From an uncultured delta proteobacterium (lineage in GTDB: Bacteria > Myxococcota_A > Polyangia > Polyangiales > B10-G4): a DNA stretch of 64,000 nucleotides. A model generated the notes under the pieces. That model had not been told where the DNA came from. It searched no databases and saw only the letters and a list, made by a program, of their open reading frames with translations. Location of the stretch: NCBI GenBank assembly GCA_963727445.1, contig CAVSGI010000020.1, positions 480,001 to 544,000 of the forward strand, written 5' to 3'. Shown piece by piece: positions 48,880 through 58,147 of this stretch (position 1 is the stretch's first letter; every line of letters begins with the position of its first letter). Position numbers and translations under genes: made by a program.

Positions 48880-49360
48880 TGGTCTTCCTCCCTGCGGAAG
48901 GGGGTTCAACGTGATCTCGTGTTCATTTTGCCCAACAGTCGAAGACACACAGTCGACGGGTGGTTGCGGTGCCCACCGCGGCCGGTGAGATCGTGAGCCA
49001 TCCCTTCTTCACGCGGTAAGAGGACGAGCCCTTCCAATTGCGGGGGGCCCTCGGGCCGCGCCCGCATGGCGGCTTCTCGGGTGGGAGCAGCCGGGCGCGG
49101 CGCTCGGTGCGCTTTGTGACCACCGCGGCGCTGGTGTTTCACCGGCGCCATGCGCGCCTTTGAGCCGGACCGATGGTCCGCCGAGCGATCGAAAGATCCC
49201 TCCCATGCAGCCGATGAATGAGGGGTGCGCGCTCTCGGCTCGAGCTTCGTTCGATGGCCAGTGGCGTGGCGACTTGCGCCCACGGCCCCACAGAACAGGC
49301 TCGCGCGGAGTGCGCTGCATCCCGCCGAGTCGCGGCTGGCACCCCAGCGACCCGTCGACG
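48880..49360 (+). ncRNA. Candidate large structured non-coding RNA
   Basis: No credible ORF in 48803-49369; long closing stem 48952-48999 / 49298-49359; at least six internal hairpins; G-U pairs and a GAAA tetraloop favour the + strand. Confidence 0.6.
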
Positions 49361-49369
49361 AGCGTAGTC

Positions 49370-52300
49370 CTACGCGCCGCGCCCGTTCTGCCGGAGCGCG
49401 CGGCGGAAGCGGAGCGCGGTGTCGCTCGCCCAGAATCGCATCAGGTGGGTGGCGGTGTTGTCCTCGCCGACCTTCTCACCCCGCGTGCGCTCGAGCACGC
49501 GGCACGCGGCGGCGATGTCGTCGCAGACCAGGAGCGCGGCGCGCGCGGCGGTGAGCTCGACGTCAGCGACCCATCGAGTGACGCTCGGCGGCGGAGCGCT
49601 GGCGAAGCGCGCCGCCGCTTCCTCCACGAGCTTGCGGCTGCGGCGGGGGATCACCCGGGCCACCTGCCGTGCGTGTCCATCGAGGTCGGTCGCGCTGCCG
49701 TAACCCGGCACCTGCGAGTGCGTGGCGGCCTTCACCAGCGTGCTCAACTCGGGCGTCGGGACGCGCATCACCGGATAGGTCTCGCGCGCGAGGTGCGCCA
49801 GCGGCCTCGCGAGCAGAAATGCGAGCTCGGCCGTCGGCAGGTTCGCCGCCCAACCCGGCACCATGATCGCTGGCGGGCTCGCCAGCTCGACCGTCGCGTC
49901 ACGCGCCTGGCCGGTGTGCACGTAGAGATCGAAGTCGGTGACGCCGAAGATGGTCGCGATGCGGTCGGCGAGGTTGCGCGTCGAGTTCGCCGCGCCCGCC
50001 CGGATCCGGTCGCGCTTGGACACGCCGTACTCCGCGTACTCCACGGGGTAGATCTTGCCCAGGGCCTCGGCGAGGGCGGCGGTCATGTCGGCCGCCGGGC
50101 TGTCGAGGGCGGCGTGGACCTGGATCTGACGGATGCCGTGATCGCCGAGGAGCCCCGGCGGGGCTTCGCCCGCGCGAGGGCGCCGGGCCCTCAGAGTCAT
50201 CTGCTCTTCGGGCTGGCCTTCGCCCAGCACCATCAGCGACAGCAGCACGGCCACTGACTCTTCGGCGTCGCCCATGCTCGCCAGCGCGCTCGAGAGCGCA
50301 CGCCACACGTCGACCTCGGTCACGTCGTGGTGAAGGAAGCGCCGGAGCGTCTCGACCGAACGATCGTAGCTGCCCATCGCCGACAGCCTGTTCGCGAGCT
50401 CGAGGGACAGGGTCACCGCCCCTGGCTCGCGCTCGATGCCTTCGCGCAGCGTCGAGAAAGCGCGGTCGGCCCGACCGAGGTGGTCGCCGAAGACCTCGGC
50501 GATCGCCAGGTAGGTGGGCGCGGTGGTCTGACCCATCCGGTTCGCGAGATCCTTGTAACGCATGAGCGCACCGAGATAGCCGTCCCAGGTCGCGTTGCCG
50601 CGCTTGCCGATCATCGCGCGGTAGTCGCCGGCCGCGGTGCCCTCGGCGCCAGACAGCGAGACGGCTTCGAGCAGCGTCTTGGCGCACTCGTCGTGCTTCT
50701 TGAGCGCCTTTTCGATGCGCGCGACCTCGACCAGGGCGTCGGCGCGCTCCTGCGGGCCCTCGGCCAGCTCGGTGAGGCGGCGGGCGAGGGTCAGCGCCTC
50801 GTCACGCTTGCCCAGGCCGAGCTGCAGGCGGCAGAGACGGGTGAGGGCCTCGCGGTTCGCGTCGTCCTGCACCAACACCGCGCGGAGGCTGCGCACCGCT
50901 TGGTCGACGTCGCTCAGATGATCGTCGCAGATCGCAGCGAGGCGCAGATGCGCGCCGGCGAGCACCGAGCGGTCGGTCGTGTGCTCCACGAGGGTGCGGA
51001 GCGCTGCGGCCGCTTCGCTCCACTGACGCGCCCGTTCGAGGTAATCGGCGCGCCGCAGCAGCGTCGGGCCGTGCGTGGCGACGCGGGCGAGGGCCCGGTC
51101 GCAGGCGGCCAGGGCGGCGGGGAGATCGCTGCGATGGTCGGCGTGGAGCTCGGCGACGAAGCCGTGCAGATCGGCGGCCGCTTCGGGCCGTTGTGCCCTT
51201 TGCGCCGCGCGCCCCAGGGCGTCGATCAGATACGGCACCTGGCCGAGGGAGACGAGGACCGAACGCAACCTGCGCGCCACCTCGCGGTTGTCGGGGTCGA
51301 GATCGAGGGCACGCTCGAGATCCTTCACCGCGCCCTGATGATCGCGCGCCTCTCCGCGCACCACGGCGGCCTGCACCAGGAGCTGCACCGCCAGGTCACG
51401 GTCGCCCGTCACGCGCGCCTCGAGCTCCGCAGCTTCGCGGAGCGCGTCGGCGTCGCCCTCCGCGCGCGCGACGCGGGTGAAGCCGCGCACCACGCTCAAG
51501 CTCTCGCCGTCGCTCTTGATCGCCGCCCGGTAGGTCTCGAGGGCCCCTGGACCGCCGACCCGTTCGAGGAGCTCGGCGACCTTCGCCTGGTGGAAGGCTT
51601 GCACCGTGGGGTCCGCCGCGGCGGTCGCGAGGCGTGCTTCGAGGCCGAGGAGCGCAGCACCGTCACCCCTGACTCGCGCCATGGCTGCGAGCCCTTCGAG
51701 CGACTCGACGTCCCCGCGCGCGACCTCGAGGATCGCCTCGTAGGTGCGCGACAGCTCGTGGTCTCCCTTTTCGGAGCGCACCAGCTCGCGAAGCGCGGCG
51801 GCCTTGGCGGCCGGGTCGGTGATCACCTCGGCCTGACGTCGGAAGACGTCGGCGAGGCCTTCGACGTTGTTGCTCCGGTCGTAGATCGCTTCGAGGGCGA
51901 GGAGAGCGGCGATGTGGCGCGGCGACTTCGCGAGGATCTGCTGGTAGCAGCGCGCCGCAGACTCGAGGTCGTCGAGGCGCCCCTCGTAAACGGCGCCGGC
52001 GCGGAGCAGCGCGTCGTTCGAGTCTTCGTCCGCCGCGGAGAGGTTCGCCTCTTCCATCAGGCTGTCGGCGAGCACCTTCCAGGATTTCTTGTCCGAGAGG
52101 AGCCGCTGGCGTGCCTCCATGGCCGTCGCGTGGGCGGGCATGGCGGAGAGCGCCTTGTCGTAGGCGGCGAGGGCCTTGTCCGCCTGCTTCAGGCGCTCTT
52201 CATAGAGCTCCGCGAGCTCGACCGCGACGTGCGCCTTCTCCTCGTCGTTCTGGAGCGCGTCCACGCGTTGCTCGAGCGCGTTCGCGAGGTCCGGCCAGCG

Positions 52301-54631
52301 CTCCTTGCTCCGGAGCGCGCTCACCATCCCCTCGAAGGATGGCTCGTGTCCGGGCGTGATCATGAGCGCGCGCTTGTAGTAGCCGACCGACGCGTCTTCT
52401 TTGCCGAGGCGCGTGCGACAGACCTCGCCCATCTTGTGCAAGAGCGCGGTCTGCGCGTGCTTCGGCGTGATCTTCAGCTCCTGCTCCCAGGCCTCGAGGA
52501 GATTGTCGTAACGGCCAAGGCGCTGGTAGGTCGCGGTGAGGGCGTCTAGGGCGTCTCGGTGCGAAGCGTCGCCGGTGATCACCTCGCGTAGCTTGCGGAT
52601 CGCGCGCTCGGGATCGCCGAGGTCCCGATCGATGATCACCGCCGCGCGCGTCTTCAGATCGAGCGCGCGTCCGGGCGTGGCCAGGGCGGCCTCGCGCTCG
52701 AGGGCGTCGACGACGGTCGCGTGCTCGCCGGCGCGCTGGGCGGCGCGGCTCAGCGCCTGAAGACCGCCGATGTGGTTCGGGGCTTCGTCGAGGATGCGCT
52801 GGTACGCTGCGACCGCGCCCTTGGGCTCGCCCAGGCGGTCCTCGTAGATCGCACCCACGCGGAAGAGGAAGCCGACGATCTGCTCCGGGTCGTCGGTGCG
52901 ATCGATGCCGCGCTGATAGAGCTCGGCCAGCTCCCGAAACCGTCCGGCCGCGGTGTGCAGTCGATCGAGGGCCTTGAACGCTTCGTCGTTGCCGGGCGCG
53001 AGGCCCAGCGCCTGCGAGTAGTGACGCGCGGCCTCGTCGGGCTGCGAGAGCTTGGACTCCAGGATGCGCCCGATGGTGACGTGGGCGAGGGCGCGCTCGT
53101 GCGGATCGTCGCTCGCCGCGACGACAATCTGCTTGAGCCGCACCAGCGCCTGCCAATCGCCGATGCGGCGATAGAGTGCGTCGAGCGCGGTCCGCACCGG
53201 CTCGTAGCGACCGTCCAGATCGAGGGCGACCTCGTACCAGCGCCGCGCCCGCTCGAGGTCGTCGAGGACGTCGTCGAAGAGCATGCCCAGCCGGTGGGAG
53301 AGGCTGACGCGCTCGTTCAGCTCGGTGGCGGTCTCGGCGAGGCGGGTGAGGGCACCGGCGAGGGCTTCGTGGCGACCGGTGGCTTCGTAGAGCTCGGAGA
53401 GCTCGCGCACGATCAGGCGATCGGACTTGTCGAGCTGCTGTGCGTGCTCGAGGGCGGAGATGGCGGCCGCGGCGTCGCCCAGGGCGACCCGTTGGATGCG
53501 CGCGATGCGCCAGAGCGCGTCGATCTTGCCCTCGGCGTCGGCCGAGAGGCTCACCTCCGTCTGGAGCGCGCCCACCAGGTCGGTCCACATGCGCTGCGAG
53601 CGGGTGAGGCGCTTCAGCGACGAGAGCGCGCCGGGCGTCTCCGGCACGAGCTCCATCGCGGTGCGATAGAGGGAGACCGCTTGGCGTGGATCGTTGTCGC
53701 GGATCTCGGCGATCTTGGCGCGAGTGGCGGTCCACGCGGCGCGCAGCTTGGGGTCGCCGGTGATCGCGCTCGCCATGTGCGCGTAGGTCTTTTCGAGCGC
53801 CGACCAGGAGCCGGCCCTCCGCTCGAGGCGCTCGATCGCCTTGAGCACCGACGCCTGATCGCGGTCCAGCTCGAGAGCCTGGCCGTAAGCGGCGCGCGCC
53901 TCGTCGCGCTTGCCGAGGCCGTCTTCGAGCACGCGTCCCTTTTCGTAGTGGAGCGCGGCGCGCTGGCGAGGATCGGGGATGGCGCGGATCTCTCGATCGA
54001 AGAGCGGGAGCGCCGCCGCGTGCTTGCCCGCAGCGAGGGCCAGGCGCCGCGCACCGCGAATGGCCGCCACGTGCGTCGGTGCGTGGCGTGCCGCGTCGAG
54101 ATAGTGCCGCTCGGCGTTGCGCGGATCCTCGAGGATGCCTTCGTAGAGGCGCGCCACCTCGTAGTGAAGACGCGCGGCGCGCAGGTCGTCCGGCTTCTTG
54201 GTGAGCTCGCTGCGGCAGCGCTCAATCAGGGCGTGTGCGTCGCGAACGCGGAGCGGCTCGCCAGGAGGTGGCTCAGTGGGTTTGGCGTCCACCTCGCGTT
54301 CGACTTTGGGTGGGGGCGTGGCCTTGCCCTGCGCAGGCGACGGGGGTGGACGCCGAAAAGAAGCCGGCGTCGGGACGCGGAGGGGGCTGGGCCCGTTCTT
54401 CTTGGCAGCGGGCTTCGGGGTCGCGGCGCGGCTCGGTGGGGGGCGTCGTCCGGGCGTCGGTGGCGGGATCGATGCCGGCTTCGGGACGTTCACCTCGGTG
54501 GTGGGGTCTTCGACGAGCTCGAAGTCCGAGAGCGACATCTCATCGAGGGATTCGATGACGGTGTCGGGATTGTCCGGGACCTGAATGGTCTTCGGTCTGT
54601 TCGGCCCCCCGCTCTTGGAATCGTCCGCCAT
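49370..54631 (-). CDS. Giant TPR-repeat protein (1753 aa) with Pro-rich N-terminus, myxobacterial type
   Basis: Dozens of TPR-like units (A...Y..AL.LDP....AL..LE.LY). Confidence 0.9.
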   Translation of the reverse strand: MADDSKSGGPNRPKTIQVPDNPDTVIESLDEMSLSDFELVEDPTTEVNVPKPASIPPPTPGRRPPPSRAATPKPAAKKNGPSPLRVPTPASFRRPPPSPAQGKATPPPKVEREVDAKPTEPPPGEPLRVRDAHALIERCRSELTKKPDDLRAARLHYEVARLYEGILEDPRNAERHYLDAARHAPTHVAAIRGARRLALAAGKHAAALPLFDREIRAIPDPRQRAALHYEKGRVLEDGLGKRDEARAAYGQALELDRDQASVLKAIERLERRAGSWSALEKTYAHMASAITGDPKLRAAWTATRAKIAEIRDNDPRQAVSLYRTAMELVPETPGALSSLKRLTRSQRMWTDLVGALQTEVSLSADAEGKIDALWRIARIQRVALGDAAAAISALEHAQQLDKSDRLIVRELSELYEATGRHEALAGALTRLAETATELNERVSLSHRLGMLFDDVLDDLERARRWYEVALDLDGRYEPVRTALDALYRRIGDWQALVRLKQIVVAASDDPHERALAHVTIGRILESKLSQPDEAARHYSQALGLAPGNDEAFKALDRLHTAAGRFRELAELYQRGIDRTDDPEQIVGFLFRVGAIYEDRLGEPKGAVAAYQRILDEAPNHIGGLQALSRAAQRAGEHATVVDALEREAALATPGRALDLKTRAAVIIDRDLGDPERAIRKLREVITGDASHRDALDALTATYQRLGRYDNLLEAWEQELKITPKHAQTALLHKMGEVCRTRLGKEDASVGYYKRALMITPGHEPSFEGMVSALRSKERWPDLANALEQRVDALQNDEEKAHVAVELAELYEERLKQADKALAAYDKALSAMPAHATAMEARQRLLSDKKSWKVLADSLMEEANLSAADEDSNDALLRAGAVYEGRLDDLESAARCYQQILAKSPRHIAALLALEAIYDRSNNVEGLADVFRRQAEVITDPAAKAAALRELVRSEKGDHELSRTYEAILEVARGDVESLEGLAAMARVRGDGAALLGLEARLATAAADPTVQAFHQAKVAELLERVGGPGALETYRAAIKSDGESLSVVRGFTRVARAEGDADALREAAELEARVTGDRDLAVQLLVQAAVVRGEARDHQGAVKDLERALDLDPDNREVARRLRSVLVSLGQVPYLIDALGRAAQRAQRPEAAADLHGFVAELHADHRSDLPAALAACDRALARVATHGPTLLRRADYLERARQWSEAAAALRTLVEHTTDRSVLAGAHLRLAAICDDHLSDVDQAVRSLRAVLVQDDANREALTRLCRLQLGLGKRDEALTLARRLTELAEGPQERADALVEVARIEKALKKHDECAKTLLEAVSLSGAEGTAAGDYRAMIGKRGNATWDGYLGALMRYKDLANRMGQTTAPTYLAIAEVFGDHLGRADRAFSTLREGIEREPGAVTLSLELANRLSAMGSYDRSVETLRRFLHHDVTEVDVWRALSSALASMGDAEESVAVLLSLMVLGEGQPEEQMTLRARRPRAGEAPPGLLGDHGIRQIQVHAALDSPAADMTAALAEALGKIYPVEYAEYGVSKRDRIRAGAANSTRNLADRIATIFGVTDFDLYVHTGQARDATVELASPPAIMVPGWAANLPTAELAFLLARPLAHLARETYPVMRVPTPELSTLVKAATHSQVPGYGSATDLDGHARQVARVIPRRSRKLVEEAAARFASAPPPSVTRWVADVELTAARAALLVCDDIAAACRVLERTRGEKVGEDNTATHLMRFWASDTALRFRRALRQNGRGA

Positions 54632-54714
54632 GCGCCTGAAGAGCGCATGGTACAGGATCGAGCCTGATGCCGGGCAACCGAGAAATCGGGGAAATCCGGT
54701 AGCTTCCGATCTCC

Positions 54715-54924
54715 ATGAGCGACCTCGACGACATCCCCGACGTCCGCGACGGCCTGACGCGCAAGGAGCGCGTCGTCCTCTGGGTGCTGAAGAACACCCA
54801 GGAGGAGCTCGGCGGCCGTAACGTCCCCACCGCGATGCTCTACGGGCGGGTCTCTGAGCACGTGGACATCCGCGTGGACGAGCTCCAGAAGATCCTGGGT
54901 CGGCTCACGGGAAAGGGGCTCTGA
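54715..54924 (+). CDS. 69-aa protein resembling the GyrA/ParC N-terminal segment
   Basis: IPDVRDGLTRKERVVLWVL...PTAMLYGRV versus GyrA LPDVRDGLKPVHRRILYAM...KSARIVGEV; strong coding bias. Confidence 0.75.
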   Translation: MSDLDDIPDVRDGLTRKERVVLWVLKNTQEELGGRNVPTAMLYGRVSEHVDIRVDELQKILGRLTGKGL

Positions 54925-54928
54925 AGAG

Positions 54929-56137
54929 CTACTCCCGGATGAAGGGATCGCTGAACCGGGGATCGGTCAGGAACTCTTCGTCGGTGAGCGTATGGAGGAA
55001 GGCGACGAGCGCCGCCTTCTCCTCTTCGGTCATGTTCAGCTGAGGCACTTCGCCGTCGATGACGCCGAAGGGCGCGCCGAGGTTGGGAGACGCCTCGACG
55101 CCGTTGCTGTAGTGGTCGACGACCTCTTCGAGTGTGTTGAAGCGCCCGTCGTGCATGTAGGGGGCGCGCACTGCGACGTTGCGGAGCGACGGCACCTTGA
55201 AGGTTCCTTCGAAGCGCTCGGCGCCCGTGACCTCGCCGGCGCCGCGATCCGTCACTTCGGCGTCGAGCCCGTTCGAGGTGGTCGTGACAGCGATGAATCC
55301 CTCGCCCTGGTGGCACACGAAGCAGCCGAAACCGCCGAGCGGGGGAGGGGAGGAGAAGAGGAACTTGCCGTGGTTCTCCTGGTCCGTGAAGTTGACGAAG
55401 GCGTTGCCGCGCGTCGGCGCCTGGGCACGGCCGACGTCGTAGCGGCTCTTTGTGCTCACCATGCTGCGGACGAACTGCGCGATCGCCTTGGAGATGCGAT
55501 CTGCCGTGACCTCTTCGTCCCCGAACGCGGCGACGAAGAGCGGCGGGTAGTAGTCGGCCTCGCGCACGCGCTCGATGACGCCGTCGAGGGTCATGCCCAT
55601 CTCGACGGGATCCTGCATCGGCATGAGCGTCTGCGCCTCGAGGGAATCGGCGCGTCCATCCCAGAAGAAGATCTCGATGCCGTAGCGTGCCTGGGTCAGG
55701 CCCATGGAGTGCCGCCGGGTCTCGCCGCCCTCGAAGCCGAGGCTGCGGAGCCGATCGTCGCTGAAGCCGTGCTCCTGCTTGTGACAGGAGGCGCAGGCGA
55801 CGGTGCGGTTCTGCGACAGGTTGCGATCGTAGAAGAGCACGCGTCCGAGGGTCGCTCCCTCGTCGGTGATGGGGTTGTCGGCGGGCATGTTGTCGGTCGC
55901 CGTCATCGGCTGTTGACCGTGAAAGCCCTCGGTCTCCCTGTCGAAGTGCGCCGGCAGCTCGACGTTCGCGTAGGTGTAGGGCGTAGCTGGCAGCTGGATG
56001 CGAGAGGTGTTGCCCGCGTCGGTGCTCGCGTCCGCGAGGTCGGCGTCCGCACCACCATCCGAAAACATCGCGCCGGGGTCGTCGCAGGCGGCCGTGAGAA
56101 GCGAAAGGAAGAGAAGACGATGGATCGGGGTGCGCAT
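54929..56137 (-). CDS. Di-heme cytochrome c peroxidase/MauG family lipoprotein
   Basis: TAAC lipobox; LGRVLFYD, CASCH, FWDGRA, EMG, CFVCH, FKVPSLRNV...PYMHDG. Confidence 0.93.
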   Translation of the reverse strand: MRTPIHRLLFLSLLTAACDDPGAMFSDGGADADLADASTDAGNTSRIQLPATPYTYANVELPAHFDRETEGFHGQQPMTATDNMPADNPITDEGATLGRVLFYDRNLSQNRTVACASCHKQEHGFSDDRLRSLGFEGGETRRHSMGLTQARYGIEIFFWDGRADSLEAQTLMPMQDPVEMGMTLDGVIERVREADYYPPLFVAAFGDEEVTADRISKAIAQFVRSMVSTKSRYDVGRAQAPTRGNAFVNFTDQENHGKFLFSSPPPLGGFGCFVCHQGEGFIAVTTTSNGLDAEVTDRGAGEVTGAERFEGTFKVPSLRNVAVRAPYMHDGRFNTLEEVVDHYSNGVEASPNLGAPFGVIDGEVPQLNMTEEEKAALVAFLHTLTDEEFLTDPRFSDPFIRE

Positions 56138-56222
56138 TTGGGGGGGCGCTATAGCCGGGTCCGGCGGATCGGCAACCGAATGCAGCATTTGACGGCGACG
56201 ACGGTTTTGCGCCGCCCCGCTC

Positions 56223-57965
56223 TCATCGCAGGGCGACCGCGTAGGCGTCCCATCCGCTCGCGGGAGCGATGGTGGCCAGGGGAAAGTCCATGCCCGCATA
56301 TGAGGATGCGACCAGCGCCTGATCCCCGGCGCTGTAGACGTTCGCGCCACAGCGGCGGCACACGCGCGTCAGCCATTCGGGGTGGCCGGTGGCTGTGAGG
56401 TGGCTGAGCGTCTGCCCGTCCCCGTCGGCGACCAGCACCCCCGTCGCTTCGGTTTCACCGAGCCAATAGAACGCATCGTGCATGTCGGTGGTGACGTACA
56501 CGCCGCCCGAGGGGTGCGCCGCGAGGGACTCCACGTCCGAGTAGAGCGGGCTGTCGACGTGCCATTGATAGCGGAGGTCGGGGGTGAAGCGCGCGACGAA
56601 GCCACGGGTCTCGAGCCCCCGCGCCTCGAGTGAGGTCTCGTTGCCGATGTCCAAGAAGCCCGAGTAGTCGCCCGAGACGTAGACGTCGCCGCCGGAGACG
56701 ACGAGGGCACTGCCCTTCGAGATGTCGGTCGAGCCCAGGCGCAAGGCGTCTTCGAGGGTGCTGCCCCGGTAGCGCAGGACGTAACCCTGGAACTGGAACG
56801 AAGCGATGTCGCTGAAGTCGAGGGGCCCGACGCTGCCTGGACCGCGACGGGCTCCCATCACGTAGATGCTGCCGTCGGGGCCGACGCAGAGGTCGGTCGC
56901 GAGAATCGTGGGCCGCGGTGGCGGTCACGGCACCGAAGCTGAGGGTGTTGGTCGCGGGCGCGACGCGACCGACGAACTGGTTGCCGATCCGCCGGTCGAG
57001 GGTCGTCCCGTCGAAGGTGACCGTTTCGTTCAGGCCGCCGAGCACCGCGACCGTGCCGTCCTCGCCGATCGCCAGAATCCGACAACCACGCCTCTCCGTC
57101 CCACACCCTCGAGCTCACCAGGGCGCCGAATCGCGAATAGCGCGCGAGGCACGGTCCCAATCCGACGGCACGGGTGTCGGCGTCGAAGCGCTCGCCTCCC
57201 GAGCAGGTCGCCGCGAGCCAGAATCTCCCCGCTCGTTGGATGGATCGCGAGCCCGGCGATGTCGTAGCTGGAGAACCCCGACAGCTCCCGAGCGAAGCTG
57301 ACGCCGCCATCTGGGTCTTGTCCGAAGAGCACCACCCCGGTGTGAAGGCCGGTATCGCCGAGGGAGGCGCCGCGAAAGTAGCCGAGGAGCGCCCGACGTC
57401 CCGAAGCGTCCACGGCGGCGGTGTAGAGTCGCTCGTCGTCTGCCGTCGAACCGAAGCGCTGTCCCGTGGCGTCCGGGAGCGCACCCATCGAAGACACGAC
57501 GGTCACGTCGGAGGTGCCGGCGACTTCACACAGGAGCAGGTCGTCGGTGCTGGCGCACGGTCCGCGAAAACCTTCGAAGGTCGTGCCGCGCCCGGTGAGC
57601 GTCACGCGCACGGAGAAACCGCCCGAGGGTGCCGAGAGCGAGCAGTCGAAGCGGCGACAGAAGATCTGATCCGATCCGTCGAGCGCGGTGACCTCGACGT
57701 CGACCGAACCGGTCCCTTCGAAGTGCACGGTGACCTCGGCGCCGGTCGTCGCGTCGGCCGTCGCGTCGGCCGGCGGCGGCGCCGAGTCGGGCGCCCCCGA
57801 GTCCTCTTCGAAGACGACTCCCGTATCAGCCGTCTCGATCCCGGCGTCTTCCGAGCTCCCCGAATCGATCTCGGGAACAGAGCGCGGTCTGTCCTCACAC
57901 CCGTCGAGGGGCCCGAGCATCGCGAGCGCAACGATGCACCCGCAAAACCACTGGTCGTGCGTCAT
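56223..57965 (-). CDS. Beta-propeller (SBBP-like) lipoprotein; three +1 frameshifts (~57223, ~57077, ~56905)
   Basis: Four consecutive ORF fragments join into one frame when a base is deleted from each GAATC: EIWLAA, SDLAIGEDG, HDLATDL; blades AVDASG, AAHPSGGVYV. Confidence 0.72.
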
Positions 57966-58147
57966 TCTCCGTCTCCTGGATATCGACGGCGCGTCGTGGC
58001 GCCGGAAGCGCGGCCTACGACGAGGGCCCGCCGCGCGTATTCACGGCGTCGGGACCGAGGAAAAAGGGCCTTCTTCCCTGGACTTTCTTTGGGGTCCTTG
58101 CTGGTGCTCGCGCCGTGGTATGATGGATCTCACGGGCCCCCCGGGGA

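Noticed and set aside
39680..49360. Calling the locus a retron or mobile island
   Set aside because: No reverse transcriptase, integrase, transposase or evident GC shift in the window.
48803..49369. RNase P, tmRNA, tRNA or 6S identity, or small ORFs, in this gap
   Set aside because: No GAGGAAAGTCC, tRNA-like ends or T-loop; longer and more branched than 6S; the ORFs lack coding bias and RBS.
56223..57965. Pseudogene or programmed frameshifting calls for the split genes
   Set aside because: No slippery sequences and no in-frame stops after repair; indels share a GATC context, which favours sequencing error.
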